From NCBI RefSeq assembly GCF_009834535.1, contig NC_045698.1:92132001-92196000 (forward strand): DNA of 64,000 nt, read 5' to 3'. Source of the stretch: Camelus ferus (lineage: Eukaryota). Position 1 is the stretch's first letter. Every line of letters starts with the position of its first letter. The notes under the pieces were generated by a model. The model made no database searches. It was given only the letters and a program-made list of their open reading frames with translations, and was not told the origin of the DNA. Both the position numbers and the translations under genes were made by a program. Positions 25,680 through 38,970 of this stretch are shown here, in pieces.

Positions 25680-26460
25680 TACCTAGAGCTGTATCATTCC
25701 TTTTAACAGGTGCACAGTTATCCATTGGCATGGACATAAATAAATAGGGTTTTTAACCCAATCCGTTATGGAAGGACATTTAGGTTAATCCAGGCTTTTG
25801 CTATTACTAATTCCGTCATGAATATGCTTGTTTATATATCTTTGCTCACATTTGTGAGTTTATTTATAGGATAAATTTGTGAAAGATGAATTGAATCCTC
25901 CGGTGTCAGTCACCCCAGCTGAATAACACCATATGGATCAGAGAAGAACCAACCACCCACCGTAGCCCTTCCTCAATTGCACAAGCAAAATAATAGTAAA
26001 TGTATAAACCACTAAGTTTTGGGATAGTTGGTTAAATAGTAATAGATAACTGTAACAGGGTATGTAAAATTTCAATCTTGTCAAATTTCTTACAAAGAGG
26101 TTGTACCAGTTTGCATTCCCATCAATATATGAGAATGCCCATTTTCCTGCATCCTCACTAACACAGTACATGATCAAACTTTTGATCTCCAAAACCTGAA
26201 AAGTGAAAATAATATTTCACTGTTTTAATTTACATTTCTTTTTTATATATAAAATTGCACATCATTTTATACATTTAAAAGCCTTTTGTATTAACTTCTG
26301 TGATCTGTCCACTTCCCTTGCCCATTTGTCTATTGGATTTTTGGTCCTTTTCTTATCGATTTTTAACATTTCTTTACATATGAAGGCAATTAACTTTTTT
26401 CTTATATGTGGCAAGTATTTTCCCAAGTTTGTGTCTTTTGACTCTGCAGCAGCAGTGAAC
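25680..26460 (-). mobile_element. Old LINE-1 (L1M-type) ORF2/3' fragments
   Basis: Reverse-strand L1 signatures (gttgtaccagtttgcattcccatcaa...ttttcctgcatcctcactaaca; cccttgcccatttgtctattgga). Confidence 0.65.
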
Positions 26461-28227
26461 ATTTAATCCATCATTGAGCCTAAAGATGTCCCTTTCTTTT
26501 AGACAGCAACCACATAACTTAATTTTTGTCTTAATAATTCAGAGACCATCATGTATTGGTTAAAATACACTGGAGGCCAGAAATCTTTCAACAAAATCAT
26601 GTTGTCTATTTTTGGAGATCCAACAAAGCATGAATCATGGCTTATACACAGAAATCTGCTTAAATTGTAAGTGTTCTCTTGAGCAAGTTTGTTTGCTTTT
26701 TAATTATGCACTGAATTCACCACACTTATCCAAAGATAGGGTTTTATAGGAAGGCAGCCACACACCAAAAAAAGTTCATGGAGAATAAATAGATCTCACC
26801 CACTCCTGTTGGGGGCTTCTGACAGGAAGGCCTCTGGGTGAGGTTGGGTAGGGACTAGCTGTCCCAGGGATTAAACTAAAGTTCCCTTTCAGATCAGCAG
26901 ATCCTGGGAAGGAATGCTGGGCTGTCACATTCCTATTGGATAAACACATATCACCTTTTCCCTACAGACACTGGGTGACACCCCATCCTCTGTTTGCTTT
27001 GTTCATAATAACTCAGCTTTCTCTTCTAGCCTGGTCTCAAGCCCCAGGCCAGGAACAATTCTATCCTCCTGGTCTGCCCTCATTCAAATGCCACCCAGGA
27101 ATCCCTGGATAAGAGAGGTTAAAGGAGACAGAGAGATACAGGGCTGTCTCCTCTTTACCTACTCCAGAGGACCCAGGACGGATAAGTGGTGGTCAAATGA
27201 GCTTTTCCACTTTGCTCCGCTGGCCTCCTAGGACCCAGATGAAAAATGTCTCTTACACTTCATTTTGGTTTCTAAGAATAGAAATTAACTCAGACTCTGA
27301 ACAGGGCCCAGCAGCATCCCCAGAGAGGGCAACAGCTGGCTCAAGCCCAGGAATAGCCAGATTGCTCCTTCTATATTCAAACCCTAACAAAGGGATGAGA
27401 TGGTCTCCAAAGACCCCTCTTCAGGAAGTGCCTTCTGTTTGAACTAAATCTGCTAGGTCTCTGCTCACCAAGAAGTCACCCAGTCAGCACTTTCAATGGG
27501 AGGACACTCCAACTCTAGAGCTGTGAGCCTTGGGCTGCATATGGAAGCCGCGGGCTCGGCTTGGTGCAGGATTGGGTCACAGTATGCCACGTGCCCGTGG
27601 GATGGATTTTGATCATCAGCTCTGGAAGCAGGTAATGCACGCCCTGTCCTTAATATTCACCCAGAAAATTCTGCAGATTTTGACTGATGTGTCTGGTCAG
27701 TTACTCGTGTGGAGGAGACTTCTTTCTGGAACTTGGGGGTGCATGTGTCTGGTATCCATCATGGTCCACAAGTTTTAGGGACTCTGCCAGGGATGAATGT
27801 GACAACATACACACAAACACACAAAATCTAGTTGGCAGTTTTTTGTACTTCAAGGGAAGCATCATGAAAAGTTAGGGGAAAAAAAAGATAAGGAGGGAGG
27901 GAGGGAGGGAGGAATAAAGGAAGAAAGAAAACCTTAGAAATTATGGAGAAAATAGCAACTACCATCAATTGCCTGGAAGGGCGGAAAGAGGTCCGTAGAC
28001 AGGCGTATTGGCCACCCTGTGAGTTCTCACCCTGCACCAGGTACGGACAGGTGGTCTCCAATTCAGTGTGTCCCAGGTATAGGAAAACCAGCTGTGAGAA
28101 AGCGAGTGTGAGACCTAAGTGTGAGTGCCAGTAGTTGTATGATCCTGGAGATATCCCAACCTTCCTGAACCTTCATTTCCTCATCTGCAAAATGGGGATA
28201 CTACTACATAAAGATTAAATGAGCTTT

Positions 28228-28416
28228 TGGCCGCCTCTCTCGCTCCCTCCTCTTCAGAGACGGCCCACACTCTGTGGAGTGTGTACCTACTTCTGCTTTA
28301 ACCTGAGCACCCAATTCCTACACCTCGTGGCCTTTCTCTTCTGAAACAGCCTACACTCTATGCAGTATGTATCTCTCTAAATAAATCTACCTTTACTCAA
28401 CTGTGAAAAAAAAATG
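28228..28416 (+). mobile_element. Retroposed polyadenylated ERV-LTR-like fragment inserted into a MIR
   Basis: TSD TTAAATGAGCTTT at 28215-28227 and 28417-28429; AATAAA at 28380-28385; A9 tail at 28406-28414; LTR-like internal repeat cacactctgtggagtgtgtacct / tacactctatgcagtatgtatct. Confidence 0.6.
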
Positions 28417-29941
28417 TTAAATGAGCTTTCATCACATACACTCAGCAGTGGGCTCACACTAGGCTATCAGTAAACGGCATCAGTTTTTGCTATTATTCCT
28501 CACTTCTGCTTCTCCTGTGGGGAAGACAATCTCAACTAAACCCCAGTCTCAATTTTATCTTTAAGGATTTGTTTATACACCAGGGGTCTCCCATGGGTGT
28601 CACTCATGCTGTTGATAGCTCCTCTCCTGAGCTTTGCTTACCACTCCCCCGTACGGGGCTGCTGGGGACATCGGAACACTTCCTTCTTTGGGGGAGTCCC
28701 ATATGGTGCATGTCTTGGGGAGACAGAGCCCCTCCTCTCACTGAAAGCCCACTGGCCACAGGGCAGGCCTGAGACCTGGGCTTGACCAATGTCCTGCTCC
28801 TGCCAGAGACTGGAACTCTTGCATGAGTGACAAAGACATGGAGAGACAGGTGAGAAACCATCAAGAGTCTGGGGGTGTGATACGGTGGTGGTCCTAACCT
28901 GTCTCCTGCTCTTGCTGCTCAGCCTCCTTGGGTTCCTGCCTATTTTCATAGCCTGGTCCTCCTGACTTTCAGTCAGTGCTGTGGAACACCAGCCATCCTT
29001 CCAACGCATTTCTTTTCTGAGTGAGTCAGACAGAGCTGGGTGCTGTTGACTGAAACTAAGTTTCTGATACAGAGTCAAGATACTTTTTAATACTGGGGTA
29101 GGCTGGAAGAAAATCTAGGCAGATCTGGGTGTTCAGTGGTAACTTTTTCCTGGGAGAAGCAACCACCCGTCAAGAGGGTGAGAGGGATCTCCCACAGCTG
29201 CGCTGCGGCCAAGGGGATGCAGCCCCTGCCCTTTGATGTGGCCAGAGACTCTCTTACACAAGCTCAGAACTAGAAACTCAGGAAACAGGATAAAGCAGCA
29301 CAGAAAAATACAAGGCAGGCAAGTTCCTGGTTCAAAGTCATAAACATTTGCTATGAAAATGAACACAAAATTTCCCTTAATAAACATAAAATCAAAGGCA
29401 AGAAAATTTGGAGATCAGGTGCTTTTTCCTATTTCTGCACTCGAATGGATTCTACCTACTTTTTTCATACCAGCATGGGCCAAAGGGCTGAGCTGATGTC
29501 CGGCCAAGGTGGGCCTGCCTGGAGACCCAGAAGCTTAGACTCCCATCGCGTAGCTGACCCCCATGGGGGTTGGGCACAGGCTGAAGTCTCCTCTTTCACA
29601 CGCAGAGTCACACAGCCCCTGAGCCAAGTGCTACCCACTCAGTGCAATTCCTTGCTATCCCCAGGCGGAGTTCATTGTTCACTGCTGCACCTAATATTGC
29701 ACAGTAGACTGTGCAGTCCTTCACTTTTGTGTCTGTTCCATGGGACAGACTGTGTGCTTTTAAAGGAAAGGACCATACCTGGCAGTGCCAGGCTCAGAAC
29801 AAATTTAATATCTGTGCTTTTGAATGAATTCATCTGGGAGACCTGGTCCCGGGTGAAGAGCTGTGACACTCCTCCATTCTGTGCTTTCATAGCTGTTGCA
29901 ACATCCCGAAGATGGCCTCGGTCCCTGGGACCCTGTGATTA

Positions 29942-29969
29942 GCATGCATGTGTGTGTGCGCGCGCGCAC
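29942..29969. repeat. Alternating purine-pyrimidine tract with a (TG)n(CG)5 core
   Basis: gcatgcatgtgtgtgtgcgcgcgcgcac, 28 bp uninterrupted. Confidence 0.9.
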
Positions 29970-30273
29970 CAGTGCGCTTTGACACATGCCTATAATTCTT
30001 CTTTCACTTTCTCCTTTTGGTGGTTTTAACAAAAAGATGTGTCTTGCCATACTAGAAGGGGCTACTTTCTTTGCAGGGTACATTGCTTCAGTCACTCACA
30101 AGGGGCACAGCAAAGAGAGGTCTGGGAGCCGCTGGGATGGAAGAAAGGATTTCTAAGAGAGTTCATTTGGGTTTCCAAATCATCTGCATTGGTTCTTAGA
30201 AGTAGATTAATAATCTTTTTAGTGATGGCAGTAGGTCCTATTGCACAGACAGTCTGTGAACAAGGGTTCTTTT

Positions 30274-30439
30274 ATTTTTTAAAACATTTTACTTTTTAAC
30301 TTACTGTATTATTTAATTATTTTAGTGGGAGAGGGGTAAGTAATTAGGCTTATTTACTTTTAGAGGAGGTACTGAGGATTGAACCCAGGACCTCATGCAT
30401 GCTAAGCATGTGCTCTACCACTTGAGCTATCCCATCCCC
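30274..30439 (-). mobile_element. tRNA-derived SINE (Vic-1-like) with 15-bp TSD
   Basis: TSD AACAAGGGTTCTTTT at 30259-30273 and 30440-30454. Confidence 0.9.
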
Positions 30440-30710
30440 AACAAGGGTTCTTTTAAAAACTGTAGTAAATGCTTGAAAGGAATTAAAAATAAAGCCAAAC
30501 TGACATTCTCTGTTCTTCCTGGAGCAGTGAGTGCTTTATCTAAATTAGACTCGCCTTATCATGCTTAACAGCTTACNNNNNNNNNNNNNNNNNNNNNNNN
30601 NNNNNNNNNNNNNNNNNNNNNNNNNNNNNNNNNNNNNNNNNNNNNNNNNNNNNNNNNNNNNNNNNNNNNNNNNNNNNNNNNNNNNNNNNNNNNNNNNNNN
30701 NNNNNNNNNN

Positions 30711-31400
30711 CACGAAGTACCACTTCACACCCACTTAATGGCTATAATCAAAAGACAGACATTAAGTATTGGCAAGGATGTAGAGAAATAGGAATCTTCA
30801 CGCACTGTTGCAGGGAATGAAAAAGGGTACAACTGCTTTGGAAACAATTTGTCAGCTCANNNNNNNNNNNNNNNNNNNNNNNNNNNNNNNNNNNNNNNNN
30901 NNNNNNNNNNNNNNNNNNNNNNNNNNNNNNNNNNNNNNNNNNNNNNNNNNNNNNNNNNNNNNNNNNNNNNNNNNNNNNNNNNNNNNNNNNNNNNNNNNNN
31001 NNNNNNNNNNNNNNNNNNNNNNNNNNNNNNNNNNNNNNNNNNNNNNNNNNNNNNNNNNTGGCATATTATTTAGCCATAAAAAGAAATTAAGTACTGATGC
31101 AGGCTACAACGATGGACCTTAAAATATGCTAAGTGGAAGAAACCAGGCAAAAAGACCCCATATTGTATGATTCCACTTACATGAAATGTCTAGAAGAGGC
31201 AAATCCGGAGAGACAGAAAACAAGAGTGGTTGTTAGAGGCTGGGAGGAGTGGGTGTGAAGAGTATTAACTGGTATGATGTTTCATTTTTGGATGATGGAA
31301 ATGTCCTGGAATTAGGTATCAGTGATACTGCACAACCTTGTGAGTATACTAAAAATCACTAAATTGTATACTTTGAAGTAGTGAATTTTAGGGTATGTCA
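30711..31400 (+). mobile_element. Old LINE-1 3' fragment (interrupted by N-runs)
   Basis: taccacttcacacccact..atggctataatcaaaa..gtattggcaaggatgtagagaaataggaa; tattgtatgattccacttacatgaaatgtctaga. Confidence 0.75.
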
Positions 31401-32207
31401 ATTTTTCTCTCTGCACATGTATTACAGACACACACATATACATATACGGCTAACAGTTGTTGCTGATGTTGGCCCATTCTTGCTCAAGATCTTCACATAC
31501 AAAGCAAGAGACGGTCTCCAAGTGTTGTAACCACTCTGACATTTTAAGAGTGTGCATTTAAAAGCAGAAAGAAAGCTCATGCATTCTTGAACTAATTTAC
31601 CCCCTAGTTCAGAGCACCATCTGCCCACAGACCTAAAAGCATCTTGCAAGTCAGGAATTAAAATCTACTAATTATTTTTTAAAACAAGAGTCTTTAGCAG
31701 TAATACCAAGGAGACTGTTCAAAAGTACATAGCCTAGTGCTACTTGTTAACAAATTTTGATGTGACTTAAAACTGTATTGAGAATATCTAAATTATTTCC
31801 AGGATCTATCAAGTCAAGGCATATTCCAACCCTGACACCGTATGTGTATCTATGTGGTAGTTCTCAGCTTCATGTGTGTAGTTGCATGGAAGAAAGAGAA
31901 GTTTGGCAGAACAAAGTTTCTGTCCGTTCCTTTGACTTGGAAAGGACAGATAATCAGACAGCCCCTAAGAACTACACTCCAAAGGTAGCTACAGAAAATT
32001 AACACATGCTAGACATATGTATATCAATCTGAGCCTCTTTCCTCAAATTGTTGTGACTATTTTCAGCAGCAAGAGCTGTGAATCACCTTTTACCATTGAT
32101 AATTCTCCCAGGCTTGGGCAGTTCCGTAGTGGGAAAGAAGTACATTTGAGTATCAATTATTATTCAAAAGAGAAAGCTAGGAGGAAGGAAATTTATCAGC
32201 TTAGTAA

Positions 32208-32396
32208 ATACACAGTGTTTCCATCAGTATCCAGGGGGATTGGTTCCAGGACTCCCTGCGGATACCAAAATCCATGATGCTCAAGTCCCATATAGAAAGC
32301 GATGTATACAGTCAGCTCTCCATATATGAGGGTTGCACACCCCAAGATTGGTTGAATCCAGATGCAGAACCTAGTTGATACAGAGGGCCGATTGTA
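32208..32396. mobile_element. MER2/Tigger-derived DNA transposon fragment
   Basis: gtatccagggggattggttccaggactccctgcggataccaaaatccatgatgctcaagtccc ... gagggccgattgta. Confidence 0.7.
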
Positions 32397-32486
32397 TAAT
32401 TTATGTGCTTTTTAAGTGTCATGAGCTCTTCCTTGTGGGGGCCGTATCAGGGTGGAGTTAAGAGTGAAATCACATGAGGAAGAGAC

Positions 32487-32842
32487 TGCTGTGCTGTCCA
32501 ATAGAAAGAGAATATGAGCCACATATGTAGTTTGATGGTATCTAATGGCCACATTAAAAAAGTGGGAAAAAAAGAAACAGGTGAAATAAATCTTAATATA
32601 TATTAAATATATACATATACATATTTACTATATCCAAATAGATCCAATAAATCAAAATATTACCTTTTCAGCATGCAACCAATGTAACAAAATTAGATAT
32701 TTTACATTCTTTTTTTCATCCCATCTTTGAGATCTGGTGTGTATTTTACATTCATAGGTCATGTCAACTTTGATAAGCCACATGTTAAATGCTCAATAGC
32801 CACACATAGCGTGTGAATGACTACCGTACTGGATGGCACAGC
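32487..32842. mobile_element. MER33/MER3-like hAT-Charlie DNA transposon
   Basis: Terminal inverted repeats ctgtgctgtccaata ... tactggatggcacag; internal ctcaatagccacac. Confidence 0.7.
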
Positions 32843-33687
32843 TTCAGAGCATCTGAGTTACGGTGGTACTAATAAAAGCAGCGCTTTGTGAGAATCTGTT
32901 TGCCTGATATTGTTCTAAGCTCTTTACGTGTATTAACTTATTTAATCCTCACAACCCTAAAAAATAGAAAAAAAGAGGTTCTATTTGTATCCCCATTTTA
33001 AGGATGATGAAACTGGGTTCAGAGATGTTAGCTCACTTGCCTGAAAGTATAGCCAGGGCTCATGCTTTTAGCTACTCTGTTCCCTGGGGTGTACCTACCT
33101 ACTACTCTTTTTAGTTCATTTGCCTGGAGTTTTGTTGAAGGAGCTGAATAAGATGAAGTCATGAACACTTTAGTTCTAGAAAGTGCTCAATGTGTGGCAT
33201 CAACTCAGAAAATCCCCAAGATTTCTTCAACTCCACAACCCTGCTTTAACATTTTACAAACATTTCACAGACTGGTAATGGCCAAGGGCATGAACACAAT
33301 GAAAACTTATGATCCTGAATGGTTTCTCCTCCAATTATGCAATGATTTACAAAGTTTGCAGCATAAATTTTCCTGGCAAATGATGCAATGGAAGTTGGGC
33401 ACATTAACCTTTATTTTGCTTATTAAAATAACCTGTTAAGCTCCTTTTCCACAGTTACAATTGAACTGTTTTTCTATGTTTAGGCAAAATTTGAGATTGT
33501 TTATTGGTAAGTAGTTTGGTCCTGCTAGTCAATACTGTCTAATGAGTTACTTTTTTGTTGTTGTTGTTAAATATGGTACACAGTCCAAATTTTAGATGTT
33601 CTCCTGCTTCAGACTCCCTTCTACTTTCCTTCCACAAAACTCACGGGACGAGGATTAGATGCAGGAGTTTAAAGAAGTCATCAAATA

Positions 33688-34186
33688 TGTGGTATATTTA
33701 TACAATGGAATACTACTCAGCCATAAAAACTGACAACATAATGCCATTTGCAGCAACATGGATGCTCCTGNNNNNNNNNNNNNNNNNNNNNNNNNNNNNN
33801 NNNNNNNNNNNNNNNNNNNNNNNNNNNNNNNNNNNNNNNNNNNNNNNNNNNNNNNNNNNNNNNNNNNNNNNNNNNNNNNNNNNNNNNNNNNNNNNNNNNN
33901 AGAAATAGACTCATAGACATAGAATACAAACTTGTGGTTGCCAAGGGGGCAGAGGGTGGGAAGGGATAGACTGGGATTTCAAAATTGTAGAATAGATAAA
34001 CAAGATTATATTGTATAGCACAGGGAAATATATACAAGATCTTATGTTAGCTCATGGAGAAAAAAAATGTGACAATGAATATATATATGTTCATGTATAA
34101 CTGAAAAATTGTGCTCTACACTGGAATTTGACACAACATTGTAAAATGATTATAAGTCAATAAAAATGTTAAAAAAAACTAAAAAA
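33688..34186 (+). mobile_element. 5'-truncated young LINE-1 with a perfect 17-bp TSD
   Basis: TSD AAAGAAGTCATCAAATA at 33671-33687 and 34187-34203; TTT|AAAG site; L1 3'UTR and A tail. Confidence 0.9.
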
Positions 34187-36124
34187 AAAGAAGTCATCAA
34201 ATAGACAACATGTAGAAAGTTCTTTGCAGGTCACAAAGGGACTACAATTTGCTATAGACGTTTTCTTACCTACTTTCTCTAAGTAGAGATTTGAACAAGG
34301 ACTTGACATGGTACTTAAAGAAGTGCCCCTTTTTGATTTGGAGAGCTGAGCACATGCATTTATCTCTAGTCCCTCCCACTAACATTAGAAGAAGTGAATA
34401 TCAAATATACCCATAGGGCAAAGAGTAGGTGAGGTGAGCACTGCAGATGTGTGAACAAAGTTTTGGGCTGAAAATTGGCCAGAAGAGTGAGCAGAGCTAA
34501 TTAAAAAGGAAATCTAAACCTGGCAGGGGTGGGGACATCAAGGAGAACCTAGGTGAGTCATAGCACAGAACCCTGGGAAAGCTCAGGAAATGAAGATGCC
34601 GTGTGCCGTGGAATGCGGAGGTGCCACCTATGACTGTGAGTGGGTACTGCCCAAGTCTGCAGCAGGAACAGCTGGACCCATCCCAAGCAACTAAGGGACC
34701 ACCCCTCCCCCAGCCCAGCAAGAGACTAGGGATTGATTCTGTGCAAGAGTTGAAGCAAAGAGGCTCCAGACAAATGAACTCCAGGCATGGTGAAGACTGG
34801 GGTAAGAGATGCAACATTGGGATAAAAAGGGATTAGGTAGCCCTTTCCATTGCTGGGCTCTAAGATGACCAATTTTCACCAGATAGGTATGTATCTTTGC
34901 CCCATCTTCCTCTCACCAGAAGACCGGCCAATTCTTTTGAGGAAAAATTTAAACAGAGAGGCTTCAAACCGAAGGGCCCATTAATTAACATATCCCACAC
35001 TCTAATGCAGAGCTTCCAACAGCTTTCTAGAGCCTTACTCTTATAAATGGACAACAAAAGACATTTGAGAAAAGCCTCCAAACTGAAAGAAAAAAACATA
35101 CAGAAGAAAAATCATAATTAAGAGGCAGCTCATGTGGGTGGGGATATGAAGCCAGGGAATGGAGTAAGTTTTACCCTCTCATTTCACTGTAAGGACCTAA
35201 GTTTCCTCTCTTAGTAGAAGATTGCCATCCTACAACCTCAGAGAGACAGGCCAAGTAACAAACAGAAGCCACAAAAATAAATTCCAAGTTTTTTCATGTC
35301 TCTGCATCCCATTCTCCACTGTCAAGACACGTAGACAGTATCTCCTCTCACCTGGACCATGACAATAGCCCCCTAAATCCCAGAAGGTTTCCCTGCTTAA
35401 GACTTGTCTGTCAAACACAGAACACTGCAATGATCTTTTAAAAAATGAATCTAACCATTTTAGGCCCTCGATTAAACACTCTTAAGGGCTTCCTATTGAA
35501 CTTGGCATAAAAATCCCATCCCCTTGAGCTGTCTGACTTGCCCTTGTATCCTCTGCTCTGCTGGTTTCTTCCACCTCATCTTCTCTGACTCCACTTGGCG
35601 ATCCACTCACTCTCTCTCCTTCCTCACTTACTTGTTATACCCAGTTCTTTCTGGTCTTAGAAGGCAAGCTTGTTCTCATCTCCCTTTGTTCTGCCGAGAA
35701 GTACATGGCTGCTTATGTTGTTTAATTGTTTACTGCCCGTCTCTCCTCACTGTAACAGAAGTTCCCTGAGAGCAAGTGCCATGTCTATCTTGTTTACCAT
35801 CCTTACACTAGCATCTAGAGCAGTCCCTGGCCCAAATGTGCCCAAGAAATATTTACTGAATAGGTATTTGTAGTTTAAAAGACTCAAAGTTTCAAGGGTA
35901 GAGGTAAAATGTTAAGATGAAAAAATGCTGAACCATTAATTCCATCAGGAGGTATCGAAACTTCATTGATGTTAGGGTCAGCATTTCCCTTGACCCAAGT
36001 AAGTTTCAATTGTGAAAAATTCTAACCTAGTGTAACAATGTCAATACCCTAGTTGTGACAGTATGCTATAGCTGTGCAAAATATCATTGAGATAACTGGA
36101 TAAAGGATATACGGTGTCTCTTTC

Positions 36125-36241
36125 TCTTTTGGGGGAGGAGGACGTAATTAGGTTTATTTATTTTGTGGAGGTACTGGGGAATTGAACCCAGGACCCTTTG
36201 CATGCTAAGCACATACTCTACAATTGAGATAGACCCTCCCC
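36125..36241 (-). mobile_element. tRNA-derived SINE (Vic-1-like) inserted into an old L1 3' fragment
   Basis: Same head consensus on the minus strand. Confidence 0.8.
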
Positions 36242-38499
36242 TCTTTATTTCTTACAATTGCATGTGAATCTCATTATCTTTTAAAAGTTTAATTTAAGAA
36301 ATTCTCGAAGTAAGATAATTTAGTATTCATTCAGCCAGCTTATGTAGTACAACCCCCAAAATGTCTTTCTCCAGAGAATGTTCTAAGGTGACACATGCTC
36401 ACTGATGGAACTTAGGGTGAAAAAGGAAGTCTCCATTTCTGGTATGTGACCTATTTTTCCTGGAGCTGAGGACATCAGACTCTGTTCTTAACCACACACA
36501 GTAGCTGACGCATAGTCAAGGTTCAATAAATATTTATTCAACGGGCTAATTATTTCTGAGAAGGCCCAAATGACATTCAGGCACAGGCTGCAAACCCCTA
36601 ACACTCCCCGTTATAGCATTCCCATGTGCAAAGACTTCAGCACCAAACACAGGCCTATAAATGACTCTAAACCATTCACAAAGCATTTATTCTTATTAAG
36701 ATGTCCAAAATGTACAAGTGGCCCTTATCTACACATAACTCACTACTCAGTGCTTCCATACAAATTGTATTACATAGTAAGGTAGGGCAGAGAAATACTG
36801 TCAGGCCAGCTATAAAATCCTGTTATTTAAATGGATACTGAAATAGTCCTAGTCTTACTGAAAAATCTAGGCCCTTTCCAAAAACTGACTAGTAAATCTG
36901 TGGTTTGGTAATTAACCACATGAAGAGAACCTACTTCACTTGTCAATTCTGGTAAAGGATTGAGTGTCCGAATCTCCTGGTTGTGTTTATATTTAGAGAA
37001 CAGTTAATTTACAAAACAGCTTAGTTTTCTAATGTATCAATCCATTTAGCCAATCTATATACCTAAGAAATGTTTTGGGGATTTACATCCTCTAAATAAT
37101 CTAAAGAATATTTTCAATGTTTTAATTTCACTTCAATTATTTTATAAGTTAAAATCCCTCCGAAGTTGCAAATTAAAATCCACTGCTTAAAGTTTTGAGA
37201 TAAAACAAGTTCTTTCATCGGAGCATCTCTCCTTTATGGCTTATATAGCCATGAATACCTCCCTCCTTTGCCTTATGCCAGAACTTCATTTTTCCCAGAG
37301 GCTGTCTAAACTGAGTTCTAAATCACATTCAGTGGCTGCTGCCCTTGAAGCTGATTAGGAAAACGCCAAGTATTTAACGTAACACAGGAGTTGATTTAAA
37401 CTGATAAAAGCAGGAAACTCAGAGCTGAAGGTGAACCCAGCTCCTGACATGGCCCATTGTTCCTTGGCACACTAAGGCACTCATCACATTAGGTGACCTC
37501 CTATCTCATCTGGACTAAATTCCAAACCTGAATGCATCTATTTAAGGTAGATGTAGCCTCATCCTTGAATTTCCAGATCGAAATCACTGTTGTCCTTTCC
37601 CATTTATTTTCTAAAGCAGTAGCTTTTATCAAAGTAACCGAAGAAAAACAGGTTTCATACGGAGGAGGCAGTTGGGAGACTATTAGATCCTCCTCAATTG
37701 TGTAGAAGAGAATCTTTGAAGTTTAAATGTAGCAGATATATAAGCCCTGAGTATTAACACTGTACAATGAATGAAAGAGACTAGATTTACAAATGAAGCC
37801 TAAGGGTGGAGGGGGAGGCGGCAAGCTTAGAGTTCTTCGAGCTATCATTACTCAGCTGTAGCCTCACCACACTGTGCCTAAGTGTCTGAAGTCAATTTTA
37901 GAACTTACCTATACGGATGGACTATTTTTCTAGTCCTCGTTTTGGCATTGACTAATACTTAACTTCCATCAGAACCACCCCTTCATTTTCTTCTTTTCAA
38001 AACCTTCTGATTACAGACCATATTCCTTACTCAGCCACAGAACTAGGCCGTGGAAAAAGACAGAAACAACAAAGCAAAACAAATTCCCCTGTTTCAAGGG
38101 GGAAAAAGTCAGTTTAGGGTAACTGGGGAGCTATGAAGAACCCTTAAAGTTGATAGATTCCATTCTGTCCATTTGACAACAGCCATATTTCAAGGAGATT
38201 TACTTTCAAATAGGCTCATTTGTATCCTCCCACCATTACTCATGCCCTTGCCATTCTATACTGCTAGGAATGACAGAGGATGATTCAAAACCCTTGAAAT
38301 ACCATTTCTCTCTTATACTTGCAACATCATTTACAAATAATGACTCCTTCAGGTTACACAAGATGGCAAAGTTATTTGGAAATTGGGCCACCTAAAAACT
38401 TGTTTTCCATCCTATTTTTCTGAAAAATGTTTTTTAGAGGAAAAAAATCATGAGCAGGTAATAGAGCATTTCTGTCTGTATGTGCAGTAATGTGTATGC

Positions 38500-38970
38500 A
38501 ACATAGCACTAGGAAACAATTAAAAAATGAAGTTAAGAAAACAATTCCAATTTATAGATATTAACTAATATATATAAGATAGGTAATCAGCACGTTTCTA
38601 CGGTATAGCACATGGAACTATATTCAACATCTTCTAGTAAGCTATAATGAAAAAGAATATGAAAAGGAATATATGTATGTAAATGCATGACTGAAACATT
38701 ATGCTGTACACCAGAAATTGACACAGCATCATAAACTGACTATACTTCAATAACGTTTAGAAATTTAAAAAAAAAATTCCATTCCCAATAGCATCAAAAA
38801 GAACAAAATACCTAGAAATCAATTTAACAGTGGAAAGCACAAATCATACTTAAAAAACAAAACATTGTTGAAAAAAACGAAAATAGGAACTAAATAGATG
38901 GAAAACATCCCAGGTTTGTGGAATGAAGACTTAACATTGTTAAGATGACAATATATCTCTAACTAATTTA
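38500..38970 (+). mobile_element. Old L1 ORF2 fragment with a younger L1 3' end nested inside (~38575-38775)
   Basis: ORF2 motif aagaaaacaattccaattt..attcccaatagcatcaaaaagaacaaaatacctagaaatcaatttaac is split by an L1 3'UTR similar to 3520-3795. Confidence 0.65.
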
